Source of the DNA: Octopus vulgaris | Taxonomy: Eukaryota | Assembly (NCBI GenBank): GCA_951406725.2 | Contig: OX597842.1 | Location: 1,984,001-2,048,000 of the forward strand | Direction of reading: 5' to 3' | Length of the DNA: 64,000 nt | Part shown: piece after piece, positions 40,905-53,562 of the stretch | Layout: each line of letters starts with the position of its first letter | How positions within the stretch are numbered: the first letter of the stretch is position 1 | Position numbers and translations under genes: made by a program | The notes under the pieces: generated by a model | The model's input: only the letters and a program-made list of their open reading frames with translations | Told to the model about the DNA's origin: nothing | The model's database searches: none

Positions 40905-42072
40905 AACTCCAAAGTCCACTAACGGCTAACCCCAACCCTAGTAAATTAATTCAACATAAGCCCCAGCTACATGCGTGTAAACCCAACACACCAACTGAAC
41001 CTCATAACAAAACAAACCCTCATAACTACAACTATAGTACCATTGCTACCACCCAAACTTAAATTTACCACAACACCCACATATACTTCCTGCCATAATA
41101 GAGAATACCATAGAGGTTACCAATGGACACAATAATTATCATACCATATCAACCAACAACACCATCCTCAACCCCTTAGCACCAACTACAATGAAGAACC
41201 AAACGCCAATTCCAATCCCCTCACAAGCTCATCCAGAACACCCCCTACAAACCTATGCAGCTTCAGGCGCCCAACCTCTTGCCCTTTAGATAACCACTGT
41301 CTCACTAAAAACATGGTGTATAAGTACGCAGTATCAACCAACAATTGTGACTACATTTACACCGGCTCATGTAGCACCACCTTCAAAGCTAGGGTGAGTA
41401 GTCACTACTCAAATAGCTTCAAATCCCATACAAAATCTAGGCACAGGAGTGGCTGTGTGGTAAGTAGCTTGCTTACCAACCACATGGTTCCGGGTTCAGT
41501 CCTACTGCGTGGTACCTTGGGCAAGTGTCTTCTACTATAGCCTCGGGCTGACCAAAGCCTTGTGAGTGGATTTGGTAGACGAAAACTGAAAGAAGCCCGT
41601 CGTATATATGTATATATATATATGTGTGTGTGCGTGTATGTTTGTGTGTCTGTGTTTGTCCACCCAACATCACTTGACAACTGATGCTGGTGTGTTTATG
41701 TCCCCGTCACTCAGCGGTTCAGCAAAAGAGACCGATAGAATAAGTACTGGGCTTACAAAGAATAAGTCCTGAGGTCGAGTTGCTCGACTAAAGGCGGTGC
41801 TCCAGCATGGCCACAGTCAACTGACTGAAACAAGTAACAGAGTAAAAGAGTACATCGTTATCTCAACTTATCAGCAAACTAAGGCTTGATTCAACCCCTT
41901 TCACTCTCAAATGGTCCATACCCACGCCAAATCTTACAGTGGATATGACAATAAGAGTGATCTCGGCATAGCTAAGGTCATGGCTATTTTGAAATCCACG
42001 GACTGTCCCAATGAACGCAGCAGTATAATATTCAGCTGCAAACATCGGGTCCTAAATCTATTATCAAAATAT
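40905..42072 (+). mobile_element. Penelope-like retroelement relic (GIY-YIG endonuclease), interrupted by a SINE
   Basis: Reads CPLDNHCLTKNMVYKYAV...YIYTGSCSTTFKARVSSHY.SF, then the SINE at 41439-41851, then TSLSQLISKL...LKWSI..HAKSYSG...DLGIAKVMAIL...NERSSIIFSCKHR. This is the Cys-rich GIY-YIG pattern of invertebrate PLEs. Confidence 0.8.
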
Positions 42073-44097
42073 AGGCGCAGGAGTGGCTGTGTGGTAAGTA
42101 GCTTGCTAACCAACCACATGGTTCCGGGTTCAGTCCCACTGCGTGACACCTTGGGCATGTGTCTTCTCCTATAGCCCCGGGCCGACCAATGCCTTGTGAG
42201 TGGATTTGGTAGACGGAAACTGAAAGAAGCCCGTCGTATATATGTATATATATATATATGTATATATATATATGGGTGCAGGAGTGGCTGTGTGGTAAGT
42301 AGCTTGCTTACCAACCACATGGTTCCGGGTTCAGTCCCACTGTGTGGCATCTTGGGCAAGTGTCTTCTGCTATAGCCCCGGGCCGACCAATGCCTTGTGA
42401 GTGGATTTGGTAGACGGAAACTGAAAGAAGCCCGTCGTATATATGTATATATATATATGTGTGTGCGTGTATGTTTGTGTGTCTGTGTGTGTCCCCCCAG
42501 CATTGCTTGACAACCGATGCTGGTGTGTTTACGTCCCCGTTACTTAGCGGTTCGGCAAAAGAGACCGATAGAATAAGTACTGGGCTTACAAAAGAATAAG
42601 TCCCGGAGTCGAGTTGCTCGATTAAAGGCGGTGCTCCAGCATGGCCGCAGTCAAAATGATTGAAACAAGTGAAAAGAGTAAAGAGAGTATAATTACAACC
42701 CCACCCTGCACTTGTCTCCCCGTAACTCTCATATATTCTTTTTCCCACTCATCCACCCTCACAACCACTGCATATTAAATCAACAATATTTTTTCTCCCT
42801 TTTTCATTTCTTAATCGTCAATTATAATTTTCTTTCCCTATTTTTACTTACTACCTAAAATATTCTTCTCTCTTTATATTTCTACACCCACTGCCTCTTC
42901 CACCCTCCACACATAAACGTACAAAAATATACTCCCTTTACTCTTTTACTCTTTTACTTGTTTCAGTCATTTGACTGCGGCCATGCTGGAGCACCGCCTT
43001 TAGTCGATGAAATCGACCCCGGGACATATTCTTTGTAAGCCCAGTACTTATTCTATTGGTCTCTTTTGCCGAACCGCTAAGTAACGGGGACGTAAACACA
43101 CCTTAGACCAGTTCAGTTGGCAGTCCAAGTGGCGAATGAGGAACCTCCGCCCTCAGGCTGCTTCTAGCCCAAAGGGCTTTTTCTTGTTCAAATCAATGAA
43201 TGGCAAATCCCATGCTTGCATGAGGTAGCATTTGAAGAAACGGCAGAGACTATAAATATCGTGTGGGGAATTTAACAGTATAAATAGATCGTTGCCAGAG
43301 CAATAAGCTGGCTTCCATGCCGATGGCACATAAAAAAGCACCATTGTCAAGCAATGCTAGGGGGACAAACACACACACACACGTATACACATATATATAT
43401 ATATATACATATATACGACAGGCTTCTTTCAGTTTCCGTCTACCAAATCGACTCACAAGGCATTGGTCAGCCCGGGGCTATAGCAGAAGACACTTGCCCA
43501 AGATGCCACGCAATGGGACTGAACCCGGAACCATGTCGTTGGTTAGCAAGCTACTTACCACACAGCCGCTCCTGCGCCTATATATATATATATATATACA
43601 TTAGATACACAGGACGAGTAAATTGTTAAACATAATGAGATTTGTATTATATCACAATACTATAGATGGTTCAATTAAAAATAAATAAAATAATTATAAA
43701 TAGATCGTTGCCAGAGCAACAAGCTGGCTTCCATGCCGATGGCACGTAAAAAAGCACCATTCGAGTGTGATCATTACCTGCGTCGCCTTACTGGCACTTG
43801 TGCTGGTGGCACGTGAAAAGACATTTGAGCGAGGTCATTGCCAGTGCCACTGGACCGGCTCCTGTGCAGGTTGCACATAAAAAACACCATTTGAGCATGC
43901 CGTTGCCAGTACTGGCTGACTGGCCCTCATGCTAGTGGCATCTAAAAGCACCCACTACACTCTCAGAGTGGTTGGCATTAGGAAGGGCATCCAGCTGTAG
44001 AAACTCTGCCAGATCAGATTGGAGTCTTGTGCAGCCATCTGGTTTGCCAGACCGCAGTCAAATCGTCCAACCCATGCTAGCATGGAAAGCAGACATT

Positions 44098-44140
<43 letters not shown>

Positions 44141-44563
44141 GCTAATACTGAAGAATGAGAATGAGTGCTCAACACTGCATTGGTGGATAAATATTCTTTA
44201 TTTGTGAGTCAACAAAGCTACCATCAGTTTCATGTAAAGAGTAATCTCTCAACAACTGTCAAGCCTGTAACACGGGAATTTTGGCACTAGTCTCCATCTT
44301 GGATGAGAATACATGAAACCATTGGTAACCTTGTTAACCCTCAAATAAAGCTTATATTTACACACACACAGACACACTGAGGAATATTCTTGAAGAAATC
44401 CAGTAGCATGTGCATCATTTATGATGACCTCAGGTAGCCAGCAACTGTGGACAAGATTTACACAGCATTCTATAAGTTTTTTTATTTTTACCCAAATATG
44501 GTTATATCTTTGGTAGATGGAATATAACTATATATATTTGGCAGATGGAAACTGAAAGAAGCT

Positions 44564-44620
<57 letters not shown>

Positions 44621-44899
44621 TCTTCCTTCAGTTTCCATCTGCTGAATCCACTCACAAGGTTTTAGACAATTTGGGGCAATAATAGAAGACACTTGCCTGA
44701 GGTACCCCACAGTGGAACTAAAACCAGTACTTTGTGGTTGATAAGCAAACTTCTTAACTATACAACCATGAAAAATCTCTAGTGGGTTCACAGAATTTGG
44801 GGCCAAACCCGATAAGACTAAGTCCTTCACAACAATACATTTTTCTCCCCTACAGAAACATGAATGGTTAAATCAGAAGGATATACATATATATATATA

Positions 44900-47662
44900 T
44901 TGTCAGTGTATCATATTCGAAAAAGAAGCATACTCTAAACCGAGCAGTTAAGTCTATGTCTGGTCATAGAGTGACCACTAATTTTGCATCCATAAAGGGC
45001 TTAGCCCCATGGACGACTTGTTAGATCCTAATGGCAGAGGGCACATACCTCTTCAAACTGGATGTAGAAATTCATTATGGCCGGTTAGTTAGTAGTAAAG
45101 AAAAAATACGTCTTATGGGTCAGCAGGGGCGAGATATCTCCCTTAGACCAGTTCAGTTGGCAGTCCAAGTGACGAATGAGGAACCTCCGCCCTCAGGCTG
45201 CTTCTAGCCCAAAAGGGCTTCTTCTTGTTCAAATCAATGAATGGCAAATCCCACACTTGTTTGAAGAAGAAGCAGAGACTATAAATATCGTGTCGGGAAT
45301 TTAAAGTAATTCTGGATAACAGTGGTCTTTGAAGTTACTTGCTCACTCTGCTATGCAAAGCTTGCATCATCTGTTCCAGGATACTGGCTGCTCTATGGTC
45401 CTCCATTTAATTTCCTATGGAGTTCCTTCATCCTTAGGGTGCAACATGTGGCCAACCTGGGACGTGATGTAATGTCTTTCTGGCAGCTTAAAAGAGGACT
45501 TGTGGTTGTACAGGTGCTACTTAAAGGCAGTTCTGGTTGACTTGACAGATCTCCAAACTTGACCTCTATTTCTGTTCTCACCTCTGGTGCCTCTTCTATT
45601 GGGCCCCAGACCTGGTTTCATTGTTGCTGTTGCTGCTGCTGTTATTGGGGCTGTTATCCATGCTATTATTATGGAGCATCGGTCTGGTGATAGCGCTGTG
45701 GCTGTTGTCATTGTGGTGGTCATCCCTGGACTTAGTGCTGATGTTGCTGTCAGTGATGGTGTTCTAGCTGCCATCATTCATAATATTGGTAAAAAAGGCA
45801 GCGAGCTGGCAGAAATGTTAGCACGCCGGACGAAATGCTTTGTGATATTTCATCTGCCGCTGCGTTCTGAGTTCAAATTCCACCAAGGTCGACTTTACCT
45901 TTTATCCTTTCGGGGTCAATAAATTAAGTACCATTTACGCATTGGGGTCGAAATAATAGACTTAATCCATTTGTCTGTTCTGGTTTGTCCTCTCTGTGTT
46001 TAGCCCCTTGTGGGTAGTAAAGAAATAGGTATTTTGTTTGCCGCTACGTTCTGAGTTCAAATTCCACCGAGGTCAACTTTGCCTTTCATCCTTTCGGGGT
46101 CAATAAATTAACCCTTTCGTTACTATATTTCTGACCAAATTACACCCCTTATGTGTTTCAATTAATTTCTAACGTAATCATAAATTTAGTCTGGTTTCAT
46201 TAAACAACTATAACTTTTTTATTTATCGATATATCAATCTGATTTTTGGAAGATAATTTAATGAAATATTCTCAACCAATTCTATACTATAATTTTTGTT
46301 ACAAAGTGACTCTAATTGCAGGTAGATACAGGTAAATTCCACAAAATATAAAATTATTAAAATTTTGTTCAAACATCGCTATAGAAAATGGGTTATTAGC
46401 TAATATTCAATTGGGTATATAACAAAATTTTACGATAGAATTTGTTATTCTGGGTAACTTTCTGATACCCATAATAATATTTATGGCAAAATAGTCTTAA
46501 TTTCATTTAAGGTTGAGGGAAACCACAAACTATTGTTTCTTTTGCTTTGTTTATGTTTAGCGTAACGGTTCGTCTCCGCTGTAATGATTTCAAATAGGCT
46601 CATTCGAAAAAGTAAAAAGAAATAGTCTAAGGCTTTACTCTTCTGGGAAAGTCTGTGACTTGGTCCAGTTTCTTCAGAGAAATCACCGAAAGAAACAGTC
46701 TTTAAATTTTCACTCCATTCAGGTGCCAATTCGTTTTCTTTATCGCTATCGGAGATCTCAGATTCACTGTTTTCACTTTCGGAAAATGAAACATCAAATT
46801 CATTATCAAATACCATGTGCTTTTTTTTTTCAGTCATAGAGTTAGATTTATGAAGGTCTTCAGTAGAAAATCCTTCGAATTCTGACTCGCTGCTTGATAT
46901 AATGAAATTCGTATCCATTTTTTGTCAGAATTACAAATTTTGAAAACACAATAGGAACAAATTTCGGAAAAAAATCTCCCAAAATTCACGGAATTAAAAT
47001 TACACTTCGATTATTGTACAAAACTGTAGTTGAACTGTTTACGAAGTATAATACGTGTTTTCACGAATGTACTGAAGAGATTTGCTCTGATATTCTCATT
47101 TAAATATAAATAGGTAAATTCGGGCGGCTTTGGGCGGTTTGGTTTCATAAACCAAAATTTTGTTCGGGTGGCTTTGGGCGGTTTGGTAACGAAAGGGTTA
47201 AGTACCATTTACGCACTGGGGTCGAAATAATCGACTTAATCCATTTGTCTGTTCTGGTTTGTCCTCTCTGTGTTTAGCCCCTTGTGGGTAGGCATTTCGT
47301 TTGCCGCTACGTTCTGAGTTCAAATTCCGCCGAGGTCGACTTTGCCTTTCATCCTTTCGGGGTCGATAAATTAAGTACCAGTTACGCACTGGGGTCAGTG
47401 TAATCACCTGAATCCGTTTGTCTGTTTTGGTTTGTCCCCTCTATGTTTAGCCCCTTGTGGGCAATAAAGAAAAAATCGTTGGTAATATTGGGCATCGGAC
47501 TGGTAGCTTCACTGGTGCTACAGGTGTTGGCGTGTTCTAGTTCCATTTTCAAGAGGTATATGCCCTCCAGCATAAGGGCCTGACAAGTCATCCAAAGGGC
47601 TAAATGCCTTATGGATGCAAAACCATTGGTTACTCTTTGACCAGAAACATACTTAACTGCTT
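44900..47662 (-). mobile_element. Penelope-like retroelement relic with inverted terminal copy, containing nested SINEs and piggyBac
   Basis: 45300-45540 reads TAFK*HLYNHKSSFK...EIKWRTI...CKLCIAE (GIY-YIG C-half). Inverted arms of about 125 bp at 44942-45068 and 47535-47661. Bounded by (TA)n on both sides. Confidence 0.72.
46112..47197 (-). mobile_element. Internally deleted piggyBac element retaining the transposase N-terminus
   Basis: TTAA target duplication at 46108-46111 and 47198-47201. TIRs CCCTTTCGTTAC / GTAACGAAAGGG. ORF 46481-46918 has an acidic N-terminus and DYFFLLF...ETNRYA...WFPSTLNEIK. The element splits a SINE exactly at AAATTAA|GTACC. Confidence 0.92.
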
Positions 47663-47883
47663 AAATATATACGTATATATATATATATATATATATATAT
47701 TTGACCATCCTCAAAATCATAAAAGGTGTAATTTATGGCCTGCCTACCCACCAACACACACTCAGTGACACTAAAATGGACAAAAGCTAAAATTCTTAGA
47801 ACTCCCTTGGGGGTCCAGCAGGCCAAAGGAAATCCTTCTTCCCTCTCCCTTCCCCTCTTTCTCTTTAGCCTCAGATACAAACT

Positions 47884-47916
<33 letters not shown>

Positions 47917-48185
47917 ATACACACATGTTCTCTCTCTCACTTCCTCCTCCTCCACTTCACCCTCTTGTGCTGTCTTGTTCCTCCCCACCACTACGAAACT
48001 CTATAAAATGATTAAAATTCCCCACAAAGGAATTATTTTGATTTGAAAATCCCACTAGAATGGGAGAAAGCGCTAATGATCTGAATGATATGATCTGAAT
48101 GATATGATATATATATGTAAAAAATGTAATATATAAATAAATATCTGTAAATATGAACCATCCAATCTTCTGATTACCTCATTTC

Positions 48186-48264
<79 letters not shown>

Positions 48265-48768
48265 CAGGCTATCCCAGAAGTAACTATTTCAGTGAAATGG
48301 GACAATTCTTTTTAAAAAACTCACTTTTATTTATATTTATCATGCTATTTATGTGTTAAAAGTGTATAATTTTTTTATTTTGTTCAGAATATAATTTTTA
48401 TAATTATTTTTATAATTTTATTTTCATTCATGTTGGATCCCGCTTATCTGTCCGCAACAGCTTTTCATCAATTTGGTTGCAATCATTTTCTCTATCTCCA
48501 TCCCAAAGACAGAGCAGCATTCAGTTAGAAGTGCAAGAGCTAACTCCTAAAATGCTTCAAAATGTGTTTTGCAATGCTATGGGTAGATTTGAAATATGCA
48601 GGGATACAGACGGGGTGCATGTTGAAAAATTTCAATAAAGTTATGATCTATGACTTACAAATCTATTTGTTTTAGTAACATAATTTAATAACAAACGTAA
48701 AATTCTGTCAGCTTTTTAAAAATTTGTCCAGTCTCATTGAAATAGATAGATAACACTGACATAGCCTG
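48265..48768 (+). mobile_element. Tc1/mariner-type deletion derivative
   Basis: TA|CAGGCTAT...ATAGCCTG|TA ends. Interior 48510-48638 reads IQLEVQELTPKMLQNVFCNAMGRFEICRDTDGVHVEKFQ*, a transposase C-terminal remnant. Confidence 0.7.
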
Positions 48769-48808
48769 TATGTATATGTGTCTGTATGTGTGTGTGTGTG
48801 TCTGTGTG

Positions 48809-48847
<39 letters not shown>

Positions 48848-48858
48848 TATATGTATAT

Positions 48859-48892
<34 letters not shown>

Positions 48893-49123
48893 GTATCAGC
48901 CTCGTCTGGCACCTGTGTCGGTGGCACATAAAAAGTACCCACTACACTCACGGAGTGGTTGGCGTTAGGAAGGGCATCCAGCTGTAGAAACACTGCCAGA
49001 TCTGACTGGCCTGGTGCAGCCTTCGGGCTTCCCAGACCCCAGTTGAACCTGTCCAACCCATGCTAGCATGGAAAGCGGACGTTAAACGATGATGATGATG
49101 ATGATGATGTATATGTATATATA

Positions 49124-49198
<75 letters not shown>

Positions 49199-49216
49199 AT
49201 ATATATATATATGTTT

Positions 49217-49264
<48 letters not shown>

Positions 49265-49281
49265 ATATGTATATAAATATG

Positions 49282-49362
<81 letters not shown>

Positions 49363-49924
49363 ATGTATATATATATATATGTATTATACCAGAAACATTT
49401 CCCAAAGACTCCAGATTTTTGAAGCCACACTCTAAAAGGTCAGGTGACTTACAATAATGTTCTCTTTATTTCTTTTATTTCCTTTCCGGCCATACACAAA
49501 TAGTCATCTCAGAATCGTATTTCTATTTTTTTCCTAGAAACTAATCTTCTGTTATAAATTTAAAACAAAAATACAAAAAAAAAAAAGAGAGAGAGAGAGA
49601 GAAAGAGTTGATTAAGAATTTGAGACAAATTTTGGTTTCAATTAATTTCTGTATAAATTCCTTTATCGGGGTTTTTATTTCTTGGTAAATAATTTTAGTT
49701 TTATTATTCCAACTGAGCGTTTAAATTGAGAAACCTTTGAAAGCAACAATATTTTATCTTGTAATTTATGAGAATTATAAGTTTTTCACCCTTTTCATAC
49801 CAACCTGGTTCCATGACACAAAAGTTCCTGTTTTCCTTCAACAGAAAAATGGCAACAAAAGGTTTGAAATCAAAATTTCATGCTCATTTATGTTTCCAAA
49901 CAACAAACTTAGGAGACCTATTGA

Positions 49925-50365
49925 GTCAAGTACATGAACATCGAAATAAATATCAATGGAAATAATAGTTGTGATACCAGTGCCGGTGGCACGTAAAAAG
50001 CACCATCCGAATGTGGCCGATGCCAGCGCCGCCTTGACTGGCTTCTGTGCCAGTGGCACGTAAAAAGCACCATCCGAACGTGGCCGATGCCAGCGCTGCC
50101 TTGACTGGCTTCCCTGCTGGTGGCACGTTATAAGCACCAACCGATCGTGGCCGCTGCCAGACTCCCCTGGCACCTGTACCGGTGGCACGTAAAAAGCACC
50201 CACTACACTCACGGAGTGGTTGGCATTAGCAAGGGCATCCAGCAGTAGAAACACTGCCAAATCAGACTGGAGCCTGGTGCAGCCTCCTGGCTTCCCAGAC
50301 CCCGGTCGAACCGTCCAACCTATGCTAGCACGGAAAACGGACGTTAAACGATGATGATGATGATG
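49925..50365 (+). mobile_element. RTE-related non-autonomous retroposon family D with (GAT)n tail (representative)
   Basis: Contains GGTTGGC[GA]TTAGGAAGGGCATCCAGC (RTE 5' UTR-like) and ends GGACGTTAAAC(GAT)n, with internal tandem units. Other copies: 16217-16660, 19815-20230, 43695-44095, 48900-49108, 50620-51010, 56200-56550, 60428-60577. Confidence 0.78.
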
Positions 50366-51539
50366 AAACTTAGTTTACCAAATTTCTTTGTTTCCAAACT
50401 CAATTGAAAGAAAGGCAGTGCATTCCAACAGAAATCTGGCAACAAAACTGTTGGCCCTTTCGACATCAGCCTGTCTTAGACAACCCTTCCCTTGGTTCTA
50501 TGATGCAAACTTGCTGTTTTATAATGATCTTAATTAAAACCTTTCATTAAAATTTCATGTTAATTTTGTTCCAACACCAACTCAATTATAGCAATGTTCT
50601 TTTACTAATTCCTTCATTATCAATGGAAATTGTAGCTGTGATACTAGTGCCGGTGGCACGTAAGCGAACCATCCGAACGTGGCCATTGCCAGCGCCACCA
50701 CCCGACGGGCCTCCATGCCGGTGGCACGTAAAAAGCACCATCCGATCGTGGCCGTTGCCAGCCTCGCCTGGCCCCCGTGCATGTGGCACGTAAAAAGCGC
50801 CATCCGACCGTGGCCGTTTGCCAGTGCCGGTGGCACATAAAAAGCACCCACTACACTCACGGAGTGGTTGGCGTTAGGAAGGGCATCCAGCCGTAGAAAC
50901 ACTGCCAGATCAGACTGGGCCTCGTGCAGCCTTTTGGCTTCCCAGACCCCAGTTGAACCGTCCAACACATGCTAGCATGGAAAGCGGACGCTAAATGATG
51001 ATGATGATGATCTTCCATTGAGACCAACCTGCCAGAGCGCAACCAGGGTTCCATGATACAAGCTTCCTGTTTTAAAGAGATCTAAATTGAAAACCTTCCA
51101 TCAAAATCTCAGGTTAATTTATATTCTAAGAACCAGCTTGATAACGGCAAAGCGATTTTACTCTTTTACTTGTTTTAGTAATTTGACTGCGGCCATGCTG
51201 GAGCACCACCTTTAGTTGAGCAAATCGACCCCAGGACTTATTCTTCATAAGCCTAGTACTTATTCTATCGGTCTCTTTTGCTGAACTGCTAAGTTACGGG
51301 GACATAAACATACCACCATATATATATATATATATATATATATACGATGAGCTTCTTTCAGTTTCTATCTGCCAAATCCACTTACAAAGCTTTGGTCAGC
51401 CTGAGGCTATAGTAGAAGACACTTGCCCAAGGCGCCACACAGTGGGACTGAACCCGGAACCATGTGGTTCATAAGCAAGCTACTTACTACACAGCCACTC
51501 CTAAGCCTATATGGTAAATATCTTTTTAACTTATGTTTT

Positions 51540-52600
51540 ATTTTTGGTGTGGGCCCCTAAAAAGATCCTGGTTTATCACATCTAGATTTAAAAAACATCG
51601 AGCGTGCAGTCCTCAAGCATCCTTCAAATGGTCCACCCTCTATAAATATAACAAATTTTTTCTTTGATCAACTTGTGTTATACTTTTGTTGGTGCACCCC
51701 CTAAAAAAATCCCAATTTTTTATTGAGCCCAGATATTAAAAGCATTGAGCATGCAGCGCTCAAGCATCCTTCCAGAGGCCCTCAACAGTACTCCTCCTAT
51801 AAATATAATGAATTTCTGTTCTATATTTAAGAGATGAGGAATTATGTACATTATTTATGTTTGACAGATATTTGTCCTCATCTTGTTTGTTGTTAACACA
51901 ATGTTTCGGCTGATATACCCTCCAGCCTTCTTCAGGTGCCTTGGGGAAATTTCGAACCTGGGTTCTCATTCCTAAGGGTCTTGTTTGTTGTTAACACAAT
52001 GTTTCAGCTTATATACCCTCCAGCCTTCTTCAGGTGTCTTAGGAATGAGAACTCAGGTTCGAAATTTCCCCAAGACACCTGAAGAAGGCTGGAGGGTATA
52101 TCAGCTGAAACGTTGTGTTAACAACAAACAAGATGAGGACAAATATCTGTCGAATGTAAATAATGTATAATGAATTTCTCTTTTACCAGCTTGTGTTTTA
52201 CTATTACTGGTGCACCCCCTAAAAAAATCCCGATTTTTGATTGAGCCCAGAAATTAAAAGCATTCAGCATGCAGCCCTCAATCATCCTTCCAGTGGCCCT
52301 CAACAGTACTCCACCTACAAATATAATGAACTTCTCTTTTACCAGCTTGTTTTACCATTACTGGTGCAGCCTCCTCAAAAAGTTCAGGTTTTTTCTTAAG
52401 CCCAGATATTAAAAACACCGAGCATGCAACCCTCAAGAATCCTTCCAGTGGCCCTCGATGCCCTTCCTATAATAAATATATAAAATTTTTTTTTGAATCA
52501 ACATAATTTTCTTTATTTATGCTTTACTGCTTAAGGTGCACGGCCCCTAAAAGAAAATCAAGATTTGGGATCTGGCCCAGATATTAAAAAAGATTGAAAA
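51540..52600. repeat. Diverged tandem repeat of about 140-160 bp, 5 units, interrupted by a hammerhead-bearing insertion
   Basis: GGTGCACCCCCTAAAA...AGCCCAGATATTAAAA...GAGCATGCAGCCCTCAAGCATCCTTCCAG recurs near 51546, 51691, 52209, 52363 and 52535. Confidence 0.8.
52074..52119 (+). ncRNA. Minimal type I hammerhead ribozyme (two further minus-strand copies at 51895-51940 and 51993-52038)
   Basis: GACAC-CTGAAGA-AGGCTG..CAGCT-GAAA-CG-TT-GTGTT. Palindromic ACGT stem III as in PLE minimal hammerheads. Confidence 0.78.
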
Positions 52601-53102
52601 TCACAGAATTCAACACAGGATTGAAGGTGGTATTAATGGCTGAAACCAGGAACTAAAGACAAAATGGGTGCAAAATGGATCAGAAAATCATTAGCCCTTA
52701 CTTGTTAGTTGTGTTTAATCTTCATTAAGAATCCAATCCATATGCAACTTAAATAGAAGAGAGAGGAAATAAAACTGTGAAACTGTTGCTGTTTTCATCG
52801 AGACATCTTTTTTAAAATATCTGTAAAAGACAGAAAGAAAGGACCGTGTCTTTGAGGAGGAAAAAGGTGAGAATAATGGTAAAGTCTCAGAGTATAGAAG
52901 CTTCAGTATCTTATGTCCTCAGTCTTACCAAAACCTTGAGAGTGGACTTCATTAACAGAAGCTCAGAGAAGCCTATACACACAAACATATCGTTTAACAT
53001 TCACAACGTGGGGTCCTAACCACTAGATGATCACGGCCACATATATATACATACATATACATGCATACATATACATGCACTCACATGTATACACACATAT
53101 GC

Positions 53103-53136
<34 letters not shown>

Positions 53137-53275
53137 GTAGATACATTTATTGTATACATATATACCCACATATAATATATATATATGTATGTATGTATAT
53201 ATATATGTATGTATGTATGTATATATATATATATACACACATATGCACACACATTTATTGTATACATATATACCC

Positions 53276-53318
<43 letters not shown>

Positions 53319-53331
53319 ATATATATATGTA

Positions 53332-53371
<40 letters not shown>

Positions 53372-53372
53372 C

Positions 53373-53439
<67 letters not shown>

Positions 53440-53562
53440 CTTTATTAATAAAGCTGCAAAAACATAACAAAAACTGTTACTCAGAGTTAAACATTCCCAT
53501 TTTTGGGCAGTTTCGGTTGAGAATGGAACAAAAAATAAGGTTATATGTATAAATATTTAATT

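Noticed and set aside
45340-45375. In-frame TGA codons near CKLC as possible selenocysteine (reported for some PLEs)
   Set aside because: The TGAs fall at positions expected to be Lys/Arg rather than Cys, and the relic also has TAG/TAA stops and frameshifts.
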